From Octopus vulgaris (lineage: Eukaryota), in NCBI GenBank assembly GCA_951406725.2, contig OX597825.1, forward strand, positions 63,426,001 to 63,490,000: 64,000 nucleotides of DNA, in the 5' to 3' direction. The notes under the pieces were generated by a model. It was not told where the DNA came from and ran no database searches. It worked only from the letters and a program-made list of their open reading frames with translations. Position numbers and translations under genes: made by a program. Shown here in pieces: positions 41,040 to 58,265 of this stretch; within the stretch, counting starts at the first letter, position 1; each line of letters opens with the position of its first letter.

Positions 41040-41900
41040 ATTACATTCAAAATACTTGTACTAACACTCATCTATGAGAAAATATCCTTAAAACGTGTGC
41101 AACATATTGGTATCAAGCATGTAGACCGAAGTTGTGAAGCGAACTTTTAATCACACAGACAAGCAGTGGCAACTATCAGTCTCTTATGCCGTTCATTTAA
41201 TTATATTCTAAGGTTTGAAGCTACACCTGTTTTGCCAATTAACTTTTGACACTTTGCAAGTCACTACATTAAATTAAGTCCGTTTTAGTAGACGCACTCT
41301 TCCTGATTCTATCTATACAAATCAGCTAACAATCACTACGTGGATGCATATTTTAAATAATTCAGCTATTTTTGCTAGTGTCAGACTATTGAGTTGATTT
41401 CGACATACCTTAGCTATTTCTAACTAAAAGTCTAAGTTGTTATCTCCTTTGCAGCTAGAATATATTATTTAGTAAGAATATGTTTTATTATCCAAAGTAG
41501 GACATTATCACCTACTGCATATCTTGGGTAAATCGGTTTCATAATTAAATAATACTTCATTTCAATGCGTAATAATTGTTTACAAGGAATTTCTATCATA
41601 TACAGTGAGCTGGGGTATTTTTTACCTTGTTATCCTCTACTCAATACATAAGTGTGCTCTAAGTAAACATCGCTAACATAGTGGAAAGTACATACACACA
41701 CGGGTGGGCGGGCGGTCGCAAAATAAAATAAGTTTAAAGAAAACAAATACTCATATTAAAATATGATACAAACTATATCAACACGAGAGAGATGTGTGCA
41801 ATATATGACCTGAAATATCAGTCAAGTAAAGGAGTAAAATCAGTGGCTTTAGATAATAATTAATTCAAAATGAGTTCCCCTTTCCTTCTCCCCACCAATC

Positions 41901-41941
<41 letters not shown>

Positions 41942-41964
41942 ACACATATATATATATATATATA

Positions 41965-42203
41965 TAGGGTGTTCAAAATTCTCTCCGCTGTGAATTCTTT
42001 TCATCGTGCGGAAATCAGCCTAGAAAGTGCTCACACGGCAGCAAAAAAGTTGAAACTAATAAAGAACGACATTTTCAACACCTCTTACAAAGTTATTTTA
42101 AGTCTTGTGAAGTCTAATATATTCTTTTGCAGCCTTTAAACATCTTATAAATATTTATTTTGCAATAAAATTCTTACAGCGGAGAGACTTTTTGAACACG
42201 CTA
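41965..42203. mobile_element. Tc1/mariner-type MITE
   Basis: TIRs tagggtgttcaaaattctctccgctgt / acagcggagagactttttgaacacgcta inside a TA context. Confidence 0.85.
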
Positions 42204-45200
42204 TATATGCTCATGTATGTAGAGATATATACGCAAAATCCTATAAATATATATATATATATATATATGTATATATGATTGTGTGTATATATCTCTATAT
42301 ACTTGCGTACGCGTGTGTGGGTATATTTTTCTATAGTAATTCACTTACAGAAGGAGATTAAATCGACTCTGGTAATATTTGAACCCACAAATCTTATAAT
42401 ATGGAAATTCAGTAATGGAATGCATAAGTTTTCACCAAATTATCTATAAATGTAATGTTTGTTTTATAATATAATATATTCAATGATTCAACGAAAATTA
42501 AATACATTTTAAACCATAAACTTTAAACTGCATGTCTGCTATCAATGAGAATGCAATTTAAAGTTTTTGAAACATACTTTATAAATTCCTTTAAATATTA
42601 ATATATATTTTTTTCTTTTTTCATATGTTTCTTAGTTTTATTGAATATCATTTCACGCGAAACAGTTCTAATATTTCTTTTGATCCAGTCTTACAGCTCT
42701 TAACAATAGCTTTCAACTGCGAAACAGTAACATAATAAGATTCACGTTTTACTTCTCTTGGAAGATAATTTCCTGATTCAAGGCATATTAATTCCATTTT
42801 CCTTGAATAACTCAATTCTATTGTTATGCTGTAATTCATTTGTGTGTGTTGTTGTTGCTGGAGACTTTATACATGCGTATTGATATCAAGGCTTAAGAGA
42901 GATCATATATTTCATATGTTGATAAGGATATCTAATGTCTTTAAATTTGTTTTATTTTAGCTTATTCAACACTCACTCCATTTCATTATGACAAGGAAGT
43001 TGTTCTAAATGAATCTCGCTATTATCTTTTCTATTAATTTGATTTAACACCCCAAGTAGAATTCACTCGTTTAATTCAAAGCTTTTCAATTCCTCTTACC
43101 ATTCTCTTACAGTAAAAAGAAAAATAACAATTATTGCATAATATAACCAGTTTAGTGGATAGCTGGGGATGATGTCGGCATTGAGATATATTACTAAATG
43201 AAGTATCTTAAAATTTTAATTTTCATTCCTATCTGTAATTCTATCAGTTTTGATTTAAATGAATGGATCAAACAATAACACACGTCCAGACTCATCGCAA
43301 AACTTTTGGTCGACCTGTGCATCTTTGGTTCAATCCAATGTAGAGAATTTTGATTAAGGAACCATCGATCTTCTCAGTATATAGGAGAAATTATTTATTA
43401 TCAGCCGAAGACTAACGAAAACCTTGTATGTGGTTACCTAATTTGAGGCTGATAAGTTTAATTATTGTAAAACATTTAGAGATTTGATAGCATGACGTGG
43501 TGGAGAAATGCGTCGTATTAAATTATGTCATTAATTAATCCTATATCTCCTTTTACGTCGTTATATCTTGTGTAATTAGATTCATAATTTTAATTTGTCA
43601 AAATGCTAAGAAACTAGTAGATTTCAAGTTTCATATTCCAAGTTGTCATTGTACATTGTACAGACTCTATTATATATTCTATTAGGATGAATTTAGATGT
43701 AACATATCAAACGAAACCATGCATGAGAGAAAACTGTTAAACACTACAAGCGCACTATACTTTGATTAATTCACTAAAGAATGAGCAGTACTGAAGCATA
43801 ATTTATATTTGAAAATTATTGGTATGTGGTAACAGGAGAATTAACTCTCATGACAAGAGAGAGCACAGGACAGTCTAAAATATTCAAAATCTTTGATGTC
43901 TTATTCTACTACTTTCTCGTAACCTGTAGCCTCAAACATCGGGTGTTAAACACTGCGTTCAATTAAAAGTTTCTTACCTGGAACGAATATCTAAATTGAA
44001 AGGAGATCATTAGAATTAGTGAAATTGCAATCGGGAGTAATATAATTAATAATTAGAATAAATTTTGAAACGTTAGAAGAATTTCTGTCTCCAGATAGGA
44101 TACTTAGTTGTATTTTAATTAATGATTCTGTTGTAACTTTTATGGTAGAGAGAAAATTCTCTTCAAAATATAAAAAGTGTTTTAGCAAAAAAAGTAGCTA
44201 AACCCTGATAATATAGCAGATTACACTAATTGATATTTTCATTATTTCCATTTCTATCAATGTGTTCAAACACTTTAATGCTTATCATAGCATTTTGTAG
44301 TAAAACCTTTAGCATATAACAACCTTTAATATTTGCCCATTGCCAATGATCTTTGATAAATTATATATATTCATAATAGACTCCAACGTATATCTTTCGT
44401 GGTGCTACACAATCTACTTATGTAATTAATTGTGTCATTTACTTTGTGGTAGGAGGCATTAAGGTCATGCAATAGGTTACATGTACCATCTAAAAAGCTG
44501 ACTAAAGCGTTATTTTGTGAACTACGCATAAGCCAAATTCCTTAACATAATATGAATGTCATTTTAACATTATAAGTGAATTGTTGATTACACTATATTA
44601 TCCATCGTTGCAATGCATATCATCGCGGATTCATTCAGCATTGGCTCATATTTATTTAGTTGTTAAAAATTAGCAGTATTAATTTTATTAACTAATATGT
44701 ATCTGTTCTAAAAATTATACAGATAGGCGTCTGTGTGTGTTTGAGGAAGCACCTATGTATCTTATGTTGGAGGAAAAGTCGCGCCTTACGGGAAAGCTAC
44801 AAATGCTCCTTTGATCTTATTTAAACACGATAATCTTTTCCTTCATAACTGATAACATACACCCGTCTATTTCACAAATTGTTGATCACTAGAATGAAAT
44901 TCTGAAACTTTTGAAGCAAAGAAACACTTTGCTTAATTTTAACTTCTTCGCAATGAAAAAAAGATGTTTTCCCTCTAAGTAATTGAGTAATGATATGCAA
45001 AGAAGATTGTAATATGGACAAGGTCAGGGAAATGAATATGACTTAGATAAAGCAAAACCTCCATAAAATATTCCTGAGTTACGTGAGCAATACGTGGCCG
45101 TGCATTATCGTATTAGTACAACTGCTATTTTCGACTCACCAACAATGGGCTTGTTTCGAATTGATGGCAATATATATTCCCTTTGTATGTTTTATTGTTT

Positions 45201-46179
45201 TAAAACTTCATAATACACAATATCCTTTATATCCCCACCAAATTAGCTTTTTCTCAGGTGTAGTCTTCGTTCGAGAATAGATCAACCATTTCCATCGGGT
45301 GCTAAATATTGTTATTTATGTTGGATGTGATATATTTATAGAGAACAGATTTTTTATTATTATTTGTGAATTTTCTGCAATTGGAATATTCAGCAGGAAG
45401 TCTACTCTTCAACAAGAAGCAAGTAGAAATACTGTTTAACCTGAGAAATATTTGGATGATGGAGTGACTCAGTTGAAACACTTTCCATATTTCTTTTTTA
45501 ATCTTTTACTTGTGTTAGTCATTAGATTGAGGCTATGATGAGGCACCACCCTGAAAGTGAGTGTTTTATGATGGAAGTGTGTAATGAACTGAAAGGTTCT
45601 GTGCAGGTTGTTGTTTTCTTTTTAAATTTTTGTGAAGTATCTTTTCTAGAAGCTAGATATTGACAGAACACTGTCGTCAGATCTTGGGAAATTTGCGAGG
45701 GAACATCTTTCTTAAGTGAAACTACTTAAAACGTCATTGATCTGTCCGTTCTTTGTCTGCAATGAAATGGGCTTTGAACTGTAACCATTTCCATTCACTT
45801 CTCCCATTCACCTGCTTTAATTTCAATAATGCTATTGTTACTGATGCATTTTTTATCGCACTCAGCAATCGTCATGCACCAATTTTTCAAGTGAGTAAGG
45901 GAAGGAAACGGAGCGAAGTGTTTTCTTTTTGCATGCGTTGAAACCGGACGCCGAAATCTTTTAATGGATTTTGTTTTTAAAGTCCAACAACTGAACGTGT
46001 TTTGTGGAGAGAGGTAAAAGAAACACAAAACACCAGCAAAAGATAACTGGTGTTCTTAGTAAGAAATTATAACAAAACTTCTGCACAAAAAATGGCACCA
46101 AGATGGTAAAAACAATGATTTTAAACATGACATACGTAGTTTGTTCGAAAACACATCTGACCTATTTTCAACAAACGTA

Positions 46180-47247
<1,068 letters not shown>

Positions 47248-47853
47248 ATCTGTTTCAACACACGACATCACGTAAAAAATCTTGCACAACAAATATTTAA
47301 ACGTACTATATAGATATAGATATAGATATAGATATACATATAATATTATATTACATATTATATATTATATATATATATAACGCCTGCACGTCAATTTCTT
47401 CAGCTTTAAAATACATATGTGTGTGTGCTTACGTTTATGTATATGAATATCTACGTATTCAGTGTATATTCACAGAAAGAAAGCGATAGAGAGAGAGTGA
47501 GTGATAGAGAGAGTTTATATACCTGCAGTCATCACGAGAAAGATCACAAGTAATGAAAGTCTTGCTTTGGATTTTTTAATAACGAGGCATTAATATGATA
47601 TATAGCTACCAAATTTCGTAAGATAATGAAATGACATACTGCTTAATCCTGCTAACTAGCCTCACCTTTTGCTCTCTGAAGCTGGAGTGTTAATCTCTGT
47701 TTGTATGATTGACTTTCTAGTGCTTTAGTACAACGCAGAAAACTAGATAAAAGGATGTAAGCAGTATTTCATCTCTCTTTTAGGAAAGATTCGAAGGTTT
47801 TCTTTTATATTTGTCCATAAATAATGTAATAAAGGATACAGCTATTACTAGTT

Positions 47854-47916
<63 letters not shown>

Positions 47917-50624
47917 GTTTGTTCATACACACACATATGCATATATATACCTGTGTATGTTTGCGTGTGTGTACGTATATATACATGTACATATATTCAT
48001 GTATATATGCATATACATTTATGTATGCACATATGCACGCACATGCACGCACGCACACACTCACACACGTTAACACAAACATATGTGTGCTTAAACATAT
48101 CTATACCTACTACAGAAGGATGACGAGTATAATCAAAGACATCTTACATGAAACTCGATGCCTTAGAAGTTGTAGTCAACCTCAATAAAATAATAATTTC
48201 TCGTGATCTGGGGATTGTTTTGTGAAAAGAGCAATGCGATTATACAATGTAAGCCTTTAGAATTTACACGATCAATGAGCAAGGTAGAGTCTGCGTCATG
48301 ACGTTGCTAATTACAATATTGAGATTTATGTCTTGCAACATCTTTTGACAACATTACAGCTACTATTTATGATGGTATGAATGATATTATTTTTACCGGT
48401 GTACATGTTGTTTCAGTTTTATGACACAATCTATAACATCTTGTTTTATTAATATGGAGTCATGTCCAAGCATAAAAAAAATTGTACGTATAGTGTATTG
48501 TTTATGTCATAAGTTTTGGCTGATAAAATAAAGTGATGCATGCCATGTTTATAGTTGTAAAGCATTTCAGAAGTTTATGATAAATCGGATACAATGACAG
48601 GTTGTACCAACAGAATAATAAGATAATTGTAGAAAGAGAAGGATTGAGACAGATAGACAGAGAGAGAGAGGGAGAGAAAGGGAGAAAGGGGTGGGGATAG
48701 AGAGCAAGAGAAAGAGCGAGCAACGTTGAATTTAAGAGAATTGAAGATAGAAATAGTGCCAGAGAGTGATGTGTATTTTAGGATTATTCAAGGAATTTTT
48801 CTTCTCTCCAGAAAACGAACTGAAATGACCAAAACAATTTTCCAAGTGTCTCGGTACAGGTTAAAACAAGGGAGAAAGTTATGTTCCTTGCTGTAATCTA
48901 GAATGATATTCTTGACATCGAGTGAACTCAACTAGAATCACCCTAGAAACATTTGGATGTATTAAGGTGGCCGATCTATTATGCAAAATACTTATATTGA
49001 GAATAGTAATCCGTGTAAGTTGACATTTTGAAATTGATCTTTAAAAGGTCATCAAGATTAAAGTTTGAGTTCATAGAGAAGGATTTAAAAGCCATAGATA
49101 TTATATACCAGTCCACTGAGGCTATGATATGTTTGATCAAGAGAAACATTTAGCTATTCATTGTTTTTCTTTTTCTTTTGTTCCTTTCATTTGTTAGATA
49201 AAAGTATTAAATACATTTTTATAACCATATATTTCTGAGTCAACAGAGATGATCAATTTAAACTATATACATACATATATGTATGTACATGTGTGCGTGT
49301 ATGTATGTATGTGTGTGTGTGTGTGAATGTTTGTGTTTAACATATTGAAATTAATTAAAACTTATATTCAGTTAAATGTTAACTACCATTACAAAGAGGT
49401 AATAGCTTCCCGCCAAGCTTACATAGAATTGGGGTTAACCAGATTTCACCAACAAGAATTAGTCAACACTTGGCTATAAAAGAAGGCAGTAATCTGGTGT
49501 ATCGATCAGCAGTATCGATTTCGAAGCCAGGTAATTGTGAAATAAACTTCTTAACCCGATGGCCATGGTTACACGCATGTTCGGTTTTACTGAGCAGCCA
49601 AGATTAGTATGGTAAACCTCATTGTTATTCAGCTTCAGCAGTTGAGGAAAACAATACCTTTAATAACAATATTTATAGTTAGAGTGTAGAGTCCTGCAGG
49701 ACACAATGTTTATGAAGGAGGTTTTAAGACTCCTTCATTTTCTTGAGTGAAGTAGCATGAACGAGAGAGAAATATATAGCACGTTTGTTGAGAGAAACAA
49801 GAGCTTTTCAAAAACGACAGAAAGGTCAGAAAAATATATAAAGCAAGACAGTGTATTAGAGAATGCCATGAGTTAGTGTGTGATAACTTTTCACTTTTAT
49901 AGATGGCTTTTGCAGGAGATGTTAGTAGTCTAACACACGCTCTGCATCGGAGCAGGTGTTTTAACTTCTGCTCTGTCTTTGAGACGCGAGTTATATAATG
50001 TCTGGAAAGAACATATGGTTAGCCAACAATCAGTTCATGTAAGTTAAAGAAGACAGAAATATCTCAGTACAAATATATTTCATATAATTTTATGTTTGTT
50101 AAAAATTGTAATAAATATAAATATATCATACCGGTTGCGTCATATATATGCACCCATTATTCATTTTATCATAAAAATAATAAAATAGTTTTAGGCTTTG
50201 TTTAATGAAACTGGTAGTTTGTTATAGTTACTGACAATATTTTATTCACATTTGCAATTCATAATGGCCACCCTGTGCCTTCACCATAAGCCTTAATCTT
50301 CATATAACTGTTTAATTAAAGGTAAGCAATAAAACAGAAGAATATTAGGGATATCTTGCGAATAATAACGTTTCACTTTGCGTTTGAGTAATGAACAAAC
50401 TCTTAAGCTTAAATAATAGGTAAATGTATATTCCTCATCTGGTAAATAGGTATATGAGGATTTCTTATTGCCAATGAAGACTCACAACGGATATCTCGGA
50501 TTATGGATTTTAAATTGGAAACATTTATACGTGTTGTCTAGAAAAGAATATAGAATAACTTCAGTGTAACCGGAGGCCTGAAGTAATCAAAAGATCCTAG
50601 TACCAGGAATGTGGTACAAGAATG

Positions 50625-50702
<78 letters not shown>

Positions 50703-50774
50703 GCTACTGCTGCTGCTGCTCTGCTGCTTCTGCTACTGCTGCTTCTCCTGCTGCCACCGCTGCTGCTACTACTA

Positions 50775-50806
<32 letters not shown>

Positions 50807-50836
50807 ACAACTACAACTACTACTACTACTACTACT
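50625..50836. repeat. (CTA)n/(CTG)n microsatellite
   Basis: Directly visible. Confidence 0.95.
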
Positions 50837-52055
50837 GAACTCAATCGAAAACCTTTCTGAGATAATTATTGGGGAATCTGTTTAATCATTTTAATGTTTT
50901 GAGTTGAAGATTGACCTGAACATTATCATTGATTCCTCTGCTGTCAATAAAATATGATACCTATCAAGATCTGTGGATTAAAACGACTATACGCATCTTA
51001 TAAGCTCAGGGTCATTGGACGGTAACAGAATTCGTGGATTTACACAGTATGTTGAGTTAATCCGTAAAAAATTAGTTTTCCACACTTTTCTATCCTAATA
51101 TTTAAATCTTCTTTATAAGTGATTCATTAGTCTTTTTCAGGAAACTTTTACAATACAGGGAGTTTTAACAAGAAAATTAATAAAGAAAGCCATTTGGATT
51201 TAAATATTTAAAGATTTTCAATGAAAATTAACAATCTTGTTAGAATATTATAGTCCAAGTTATGCATTAAAGGATAAATTATTCAAGAAGTCATTACTGA
51301 AATACAAATTTTCCATTTGCTTCTTGGAAAAGAAGAAAATGTGTAAAAGCATTTGGTAATGTTCAAGGAGTGGTTGATGACATTTTCCATAGTGTTTGTA
51401 ATAAATAAAGTGCAAAGAATTTTTTAAACAAATATTAATACTTTTCTAAAAATTGTTTTTCTTCTCTCACTGAACAAAAATAATAAGGATTTCAAAAAAT
51501 ACTAAAGGAATAGTTTGAAAAAGAAGTGAAAAAATTCAAATATAAAATTTCAAAAAGAAATCAAGTAAATCTGCTCTAATAACAAAAACGAAAATATAAA
51601 TAAAATATGTATTTTCAAGTAAAATTATCAAGCTGGTTTTCTTCCCAGTGAAAATTAGTTTTGTATAGACGTTAAGAATAAATTCAATGCAAAAGATGAT
51701 ACACAAAATGATTATGACGGCGACGTCGATGATGATGATAATAATGATGATATGGAGGATGTGGAAGGTGATGATGATCAAACAATAAGTAAGACGACTT
51801 TATTATAAAAAAATTAAATCAAGCAGAAAACCTTAAAGGCGAAACGTATTGCCAGTGTTATTTATAGTTATTCAAAACTATGATATTCGCTCTCCAAATA
51901 TATCCATATATAAAGAAAAAACAAAATCAGGAACTTACAATACCTGAAAGAAAAAGCAAAATGAGACAAAATAATATATCCACATATATATCTCATATAT
52001 ATATACATATATATATATATGTATATATATATGTGTATGTATGTATATGTTTGTG

Positions 52056-52100
<45 letters not shown>

Positions 52101-52151
52101 TTATTTATATATATATACATATATACATATATATATGTATATATATGTGTG

Positions 52152-52202
<51 letters not shown>

Positions 52203-52860
52203 ACAAAAACATATTAACTTCAATCAGATTGAAGAATTTGATATTTTAACTTGTAATGATTAGGTTACAAACCATCTGACAGAATATAATTCTGTAAGTG
52301 TTTATTCTGGTAGAAAGATGCAGCCAAGGACAGAGAAGAAACCACACACATACACACACACACACACACACACCCACACACACAAACACACACACACACA
52401 CACAGAAACACGCATGAAAACATGTATACCACCATATAGTTTACACTATTGATTTTTTCTCTGATTTATATTATGCTGTGATATGTAATGATGCTATTTA
52501 GCGCTTGCTTTTACGTCTCTGTTTTTAAATCTTGCAAATACATAAAAGATTTTAAAAGTCAAATAATATTTTTTTATGATCAATGAAGACAAAATGCTAT
52601 GAGACAAGATGTACTTTATTTTATTTCAAATTATTTTTTTGTATCGGGAATCTTAAACGACTATAGGAACTTGACACTGGATAACAAGTTCCAATGTTAG
52701 TAGTTCCTATCCATGCATCAACATTGTCTTTGTTTCGAATGCTCCTCTACTCTATAATTTGCAACTAAAAATAAATACTGTTAAATATGTACGATTTACG
52801 AAGGGAATCAGAAGAATCACAGACCTTCACTTTTTTTCGTCATTATTATCATTCAGGAAT

Positions 52861-53150
52861 CGAACTGGCAGAATCGCCAATGCGCCGGACAAAATGCTGT
52901 TCCGGCATTTCCTCTGGCTCTTTGCGCGTTCAATTCAAATATCATTTGCACATTTAGGTCGATGTAATTGTCTTGCCCTTCCCCTAAAATTGCTGGCCTT
53001 GACCCAAAAGTAGAAAGAGTTACTATTGATATCGGACAAAATACCAGGCTGCATTTCTTCTATCTTTTGATGTTCTGAATCCCAACGACACCCAGGTCGA
53101 CTCTCGCCATTTGGAAGTCGATAAAATAAGCACGAGATACGCACTCGAGT
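52861..53150 (+). mobile_element. Old tandem SINE family A remnants
   Basis: gaactggcagaatcg...gccggacaaaatgct...ggtcgatgtaattg...ggccttg...agtagaaag, then a second partial unit. Confidence 0.65.
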
Positions 53151-56100
53151 AATAATAGGATCGTAACCATTTTGAGTATAAAGTAAACCAAAATAAGTAT
53201 GTAAGATCTTAACTTCAAGAGCTGTGTAGTCTACTCCCCGGGTAGGAACAAATGGTGAAAAACTTTCTTTGTGTAATCCCTGAATAGTTGGTTAAATTAA
53301 TGACAATCCAAATTAATTTTTGGATTCTTACACTCGACAATGGGTATACAGTTGTACAACCAACTTATTCGTATTTCTAAAATGAAAGTATAGATTACTG
53401 ACTTTTCAAGAAACATTTACCACGATTTAATCAACATAAGGCAGTTTGCAGCTTGACTTTGGGATTACGGATATAGCTTGGAGAGAAGAAGCGGGACATG
53501 AGAATTGTTCCCAAAACTGACCTAAAACTTTACATATCAACTCGGAAGATGCGAATGACTTGAACCCAAAGTGCAGAGTGCGGGAACAGTAAGAATTGCA
53601 GTGGGGCTGAAACTGATTTGTAAGGAATGATCTAATTAAGTCTGAAACATGACAAAGAAATATCATAGCAGCTAATCAGAGATATGTCATTTGTTCAGAA
53701 TGGGCAAGTTATTTACTCCATTAATGATGCACTTTGGTTGTAAATAATTGCATATTTTCATCATGAAAGTTCGCCAGTAGTTCTGAGATGAAATATATGG
53801 AGAGACTTTGAGATCAAATAGTAAGTGGTTTCTAGGTATTACTAGAAGTGATTAGGTTAAGATAGGAGCTACAAAACCGTTTTGCGGTGTTTGGTCGCTT
53901 GAATAGTGTAATGCCAGCTTTGAAACATCGGGTGGTATATAAGTGAGTTAATAGTATTTTGAAATGAAACGAGTGTATTATTTTCGTAGAAATCTGTTAT
54001 TAACAATGACAGATACATGACAAGGTTGACATTTACAATATTTAATAGAATATCGATCTGAGTTCGTAAGGCGTGACAAGGTAAAATACAACCGGTTCAA
54101 TGTATTAGAAGTGTTGGAGACTGCAAAATTAGATTTTAAAAACTGATGGGGACTCTTGGCAGGGAACCAAAAACACAGGTGCAATTTGATACGCCAGGTA
54201 ATGGGAAGTGTGTGTAGCCAATTGATATCTATGAACGTTTTTATGTTATGATAAATATATTGCAGTAAACATTAGTCAATCACTGCTGCAAAGGAACTGA
54301 TTTGTGTATTGTATATATATACATATATATAATGGAGCAAAAACACAATAGAGAACAATAAAACATTCGGGCAAATAGACGATACAAAGGCGGACAGGAA
54401 AAACAACAATTAGAGGGACAGGAAAAAAGGGCGGGTCATTTGTGGCCTTCTTTGTTTAGTCAAATTGCCAGGCCCACACACACAAATACTCACACTCTAA
54501 CTATACGTAGCTACGATCAAATAATTGTGCGTGTTTGTTTATAAGCAACTTAGACAAACATAAACAAATACATTATTTATTTCGCTCATATCAACTTGTA
54601 CATAGTTCTATTACCTTACAAATGTTCGCTTTAGAATATCCGTGGAGTGTATTGAGGAAGTTCTTTCCTTATTAATTACTCTCCTTATTAATTACTTTCC
54701 TTTAACTTCCCATTATTTCCTTTTCATCAGTCACGCAGAATATTTAGGTTTCCTTCGTCCCTTGAGAAGGAAAAAGAAACACTTAGCTTCACAAATGAGG
54801 AATTTTAAAGATATCTATATCATTTCGCTTCTTGTTTTGAAAAACAAAATAACAGTTAAGCAAAAGCAATGGCACATTTCTAAACCAAGATTGCAATAAA
54901 GCAGCCTGTCAACGAAGGCACAACTCTATATTACATTTCTATTCGTTGTTAGCAAGCAACAGGGATAAAGTTTTGTAGTTTAGTGGTACGAGAGATAGCA
55001 TAATGTGTAACAAATGATCGAGTGAGCAGTTCGCAATAATAATAAATTTTTATCAGTGGATTATGCTACTGGAACAAAACATGGCACTGAATACTGTCAG
55101 GATGTGTTATATCCTAAGAAGAATATAACACACACTGTTGAGATAATATTGCATCATTGAGCCCAATAACGTAATATTTACGTTTGCACTGCATACCTGT
55201 GTGGTGTTTTCATTCCTTTACCGTTTACCATGACAAAACGATGTTCTTGATGTTCTCTTGACAATTTACTACTGAACTATATAACTAAGATTTTTCGGTA
55301 TGTCACTATTAATATCATGTCTAATGTAACTGCGCATTTTCGGTTTAGTTTTGTTTATGTGTGGTATAGTAATCTTTACTGAAATTGCTTCATAGGTAGG
55401 TAGGTAGGTAGGTTTGTAGGTAGTAATTTACACTAAATATATGATTAAAGCTTTTAAGGTAACGGATGCTCAAAATGTTAACATCTTCAGTGAAATATGG
55501 ATTCATATTGATGTATCGAGATAGCGTATATTTACTCTTTATTTACTGGGTAAATGTATACACACTTCCTTTGAGAAAGTTGTAAGTGCTATGGGGAAAG
55601 AAAATGGTTGTCATTTTGAATTGCTGATATATGTTAAGTATTGTCAATAAATACAACATTCAATCTAGAACTGAAATCTAACACTTTATAATAAAAAGAA
55701 TAATGAATGAATATATACACTGCAGCATATGACGTGTTGGAAAAAAATAATTTGCCTTTGTTGTTGTTATTGTTTAGACCGTAGTCAACTCTGGCCAAGC
55801 AGGCAAATAATAGAAAGCCGTTCTAGCCATGCTGTATCTAGCATTCATTAGTGATATTTTCCCATACTGTAAGACTGTATATATTATTTTAGAACAGGAA
55901 TTATTGATATTAGTTGCAAGTAGAGCGATCGTACCGAGGTTTTCTCATTTATTTGAACGTGACATATGTTAATATACCGTCATGATTAAAAGTTCCGCGT
56001 TGGCATTTAAATTTCTAAATTAAATTTGCTGATATGAAACTCATTCGGTAGATTGCTGGCTTGGGATTTATTGAACATAAGGAAATATGTAATTTAGTAT

Positions 56101-57449
56101 ATTTTGTTATATATGAAGTGCGCACTTCCTAATGAGAATGTAATGAATCTGGTGTATTAATTAATTTACAGAGATTCTGATAGCGTGTATATATTTTATT
56201 TGTGAAAAATATTATGCATGAGCTTCATTTATTTCTACTGGCTGTTGCATTTTCAGTTTTTTGTTACCTTAAACATTTTAATCAGGTATTTAGTATAAAG
56301 CACTACGTACCTACCAACCTACTACCTACCTACTTATACACGCCCCCACGCGCATAATGCAAAGGAATAGAGATTTTAAAACCGGGAAGGTACCGTCTTA
56401 GCATTAACTAACAATATTGAATTGTAGGAAATATTTAGAATCCTTTAGAATAAACAATGATATTATACACCTTTCTCTTGGCAAATCCTTATTTCGCTTC
56501 AAATATATTTCATGTAGAAATACAGAACATATTATTAAATATATAACAATGAAGACTGGAGAGTGATACATATTCAAAGTTTATTTATTGAAAAGGATTT
56601 TCATCGTATTACATTTCAACAAGTGTTTCTGCAGAATAAATTTTTTTAGCTCCTTTGATATGATAGTTTTATGCATTTAATCAATTCATAATTAAATCAT
56701 TTGTAGTACACTATCCTTATTTAAGGCATTTTCCATTTGAGTGGGTAACGAAACTGAAGATACGAATGTTAAGATATCAAATTATAACGATCTATCATCT
56801 TGTGGGCCTGCCGGTGCCTTGCAAATCTTTTGGTGAATGGAACAAGTTGAGGACACTGTTTGCCTGGATACTTCTTGAACATTTACTACATGTTTTGCTC
56901 CGTGCCACAAATCAGGTTAGGTTTCAGTTAGAGTAGCGAAGTTTTGCCAGTATGATTTCATGCTGGCACGAAGTTGGTCTCGATGTTGGGGTCGACTTTG
57001 CTCAAATATTTGAACTCAGGTGATGCAGAACTGACGCCAAGTCCTGCCTTCTTACGTTTGGTTTTCCCAAGAAAAAAAGTATGTTGCATCGCTTCAGATA
57101 TACATTTATAATTATTGTACACGAGCACACAAGTCTGTCTTAGTGTGTGAGTTGCATGTAAGTTTGAACGAATAAGTATACAAAGGTGTTTACGTATAGC
57201 CATATATGTGCATGTATGTGTTCAATGATTAGTATATACACACGGGTTCACATATATATATGGATTAATGTATCCGAAACTACTATAATATACAGAACAA
57301 AGATCAAACGTTTCATAGAATTCTTAAATGGTAGATGTTAAAGAAGGAAATAATAAATAACATGTTAAAATTCTATACACATATATACAAGCAAGCCTAT
57401 GCATAGATAAATAGAAAAAGTAGGGAATATACATACGTATATATATATC

Positions 57450-57481
<32 letters not shown>

Positions 57482-57610
57482 CATATATATACATGGGTTT
57501 ATATCACAGTGCGAGAAGCATCACCACTTCCCTTAAATTGTAATTACACACAGAGCGAGACACACACACACACGCTATTCATATATACAGACTGATAACT
57601 AATGTCCCTT

Positions 57611-57651
<41 letters not shown>

Positions 57652-58123
57652 CATATTATATAGAACACAGCATTCCAGTGGCTAGAGTAATTTGCCTGTA
57701 TATTTATCGATAGCGTGTTTAAATTATAAATGTTTGTGCACAACATTGCGTATATTAGAATACATATGATAAATTGAGTGTAGTTAAAATATTGTTGGCC
57801 TTTCGACAGCGAGAATATTTAAACACATGTCAATACGGCCTGTTATTCCCTTCGTACAGAGAAAACTATTGATTATCCTTCTCCTAGGATTGCACAACAA
57901 ACACTAAAAATACCTCATGATAAGCTCCTCTACATTTCTGTCTGTGAGCTAAATGACAAATGTAATAATAACTGTTTAAATGTTTAAATTCTGGTAGGAA
58001 TGTTTCAAACTGTAGATTAATCTATATTAGATGTGCTAATACACGAACACACAAACATTTTTCTTGAAAATCGACTAATATTCATAAATACCTGTTTTTA
58101 TAGACCAACATGTGTGTGGGGGA

Positions 58124-58166
<43 letters not shown>

Positions 58167-58168
<2 letters not shown>

Positions 58169-58265
58169 TACCAGTTACGCACTGGGGTCGATGTAATCGA
58201 CTTAATTCGTTTCTCTGTCCTTGTTTGTCCCCTCTATGTTTAGCCCTTTGTGGGTAGTAAAGAAA
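58167..58265 (+). mobile_element. SINE family A 3' fragment within (TA)n
   Basis: aagtaccagttacgcactggggtcgatgtaatcgacttaat...gtgggtagtaaagaaa. Confidence 0.9.

Noticed and set aside
55390-56335. (TAGG)n and (CCTA)n tracts in inverted orientation about 900 bp apart
   Set aside because: No flanking complementarity beyond the simple repeat
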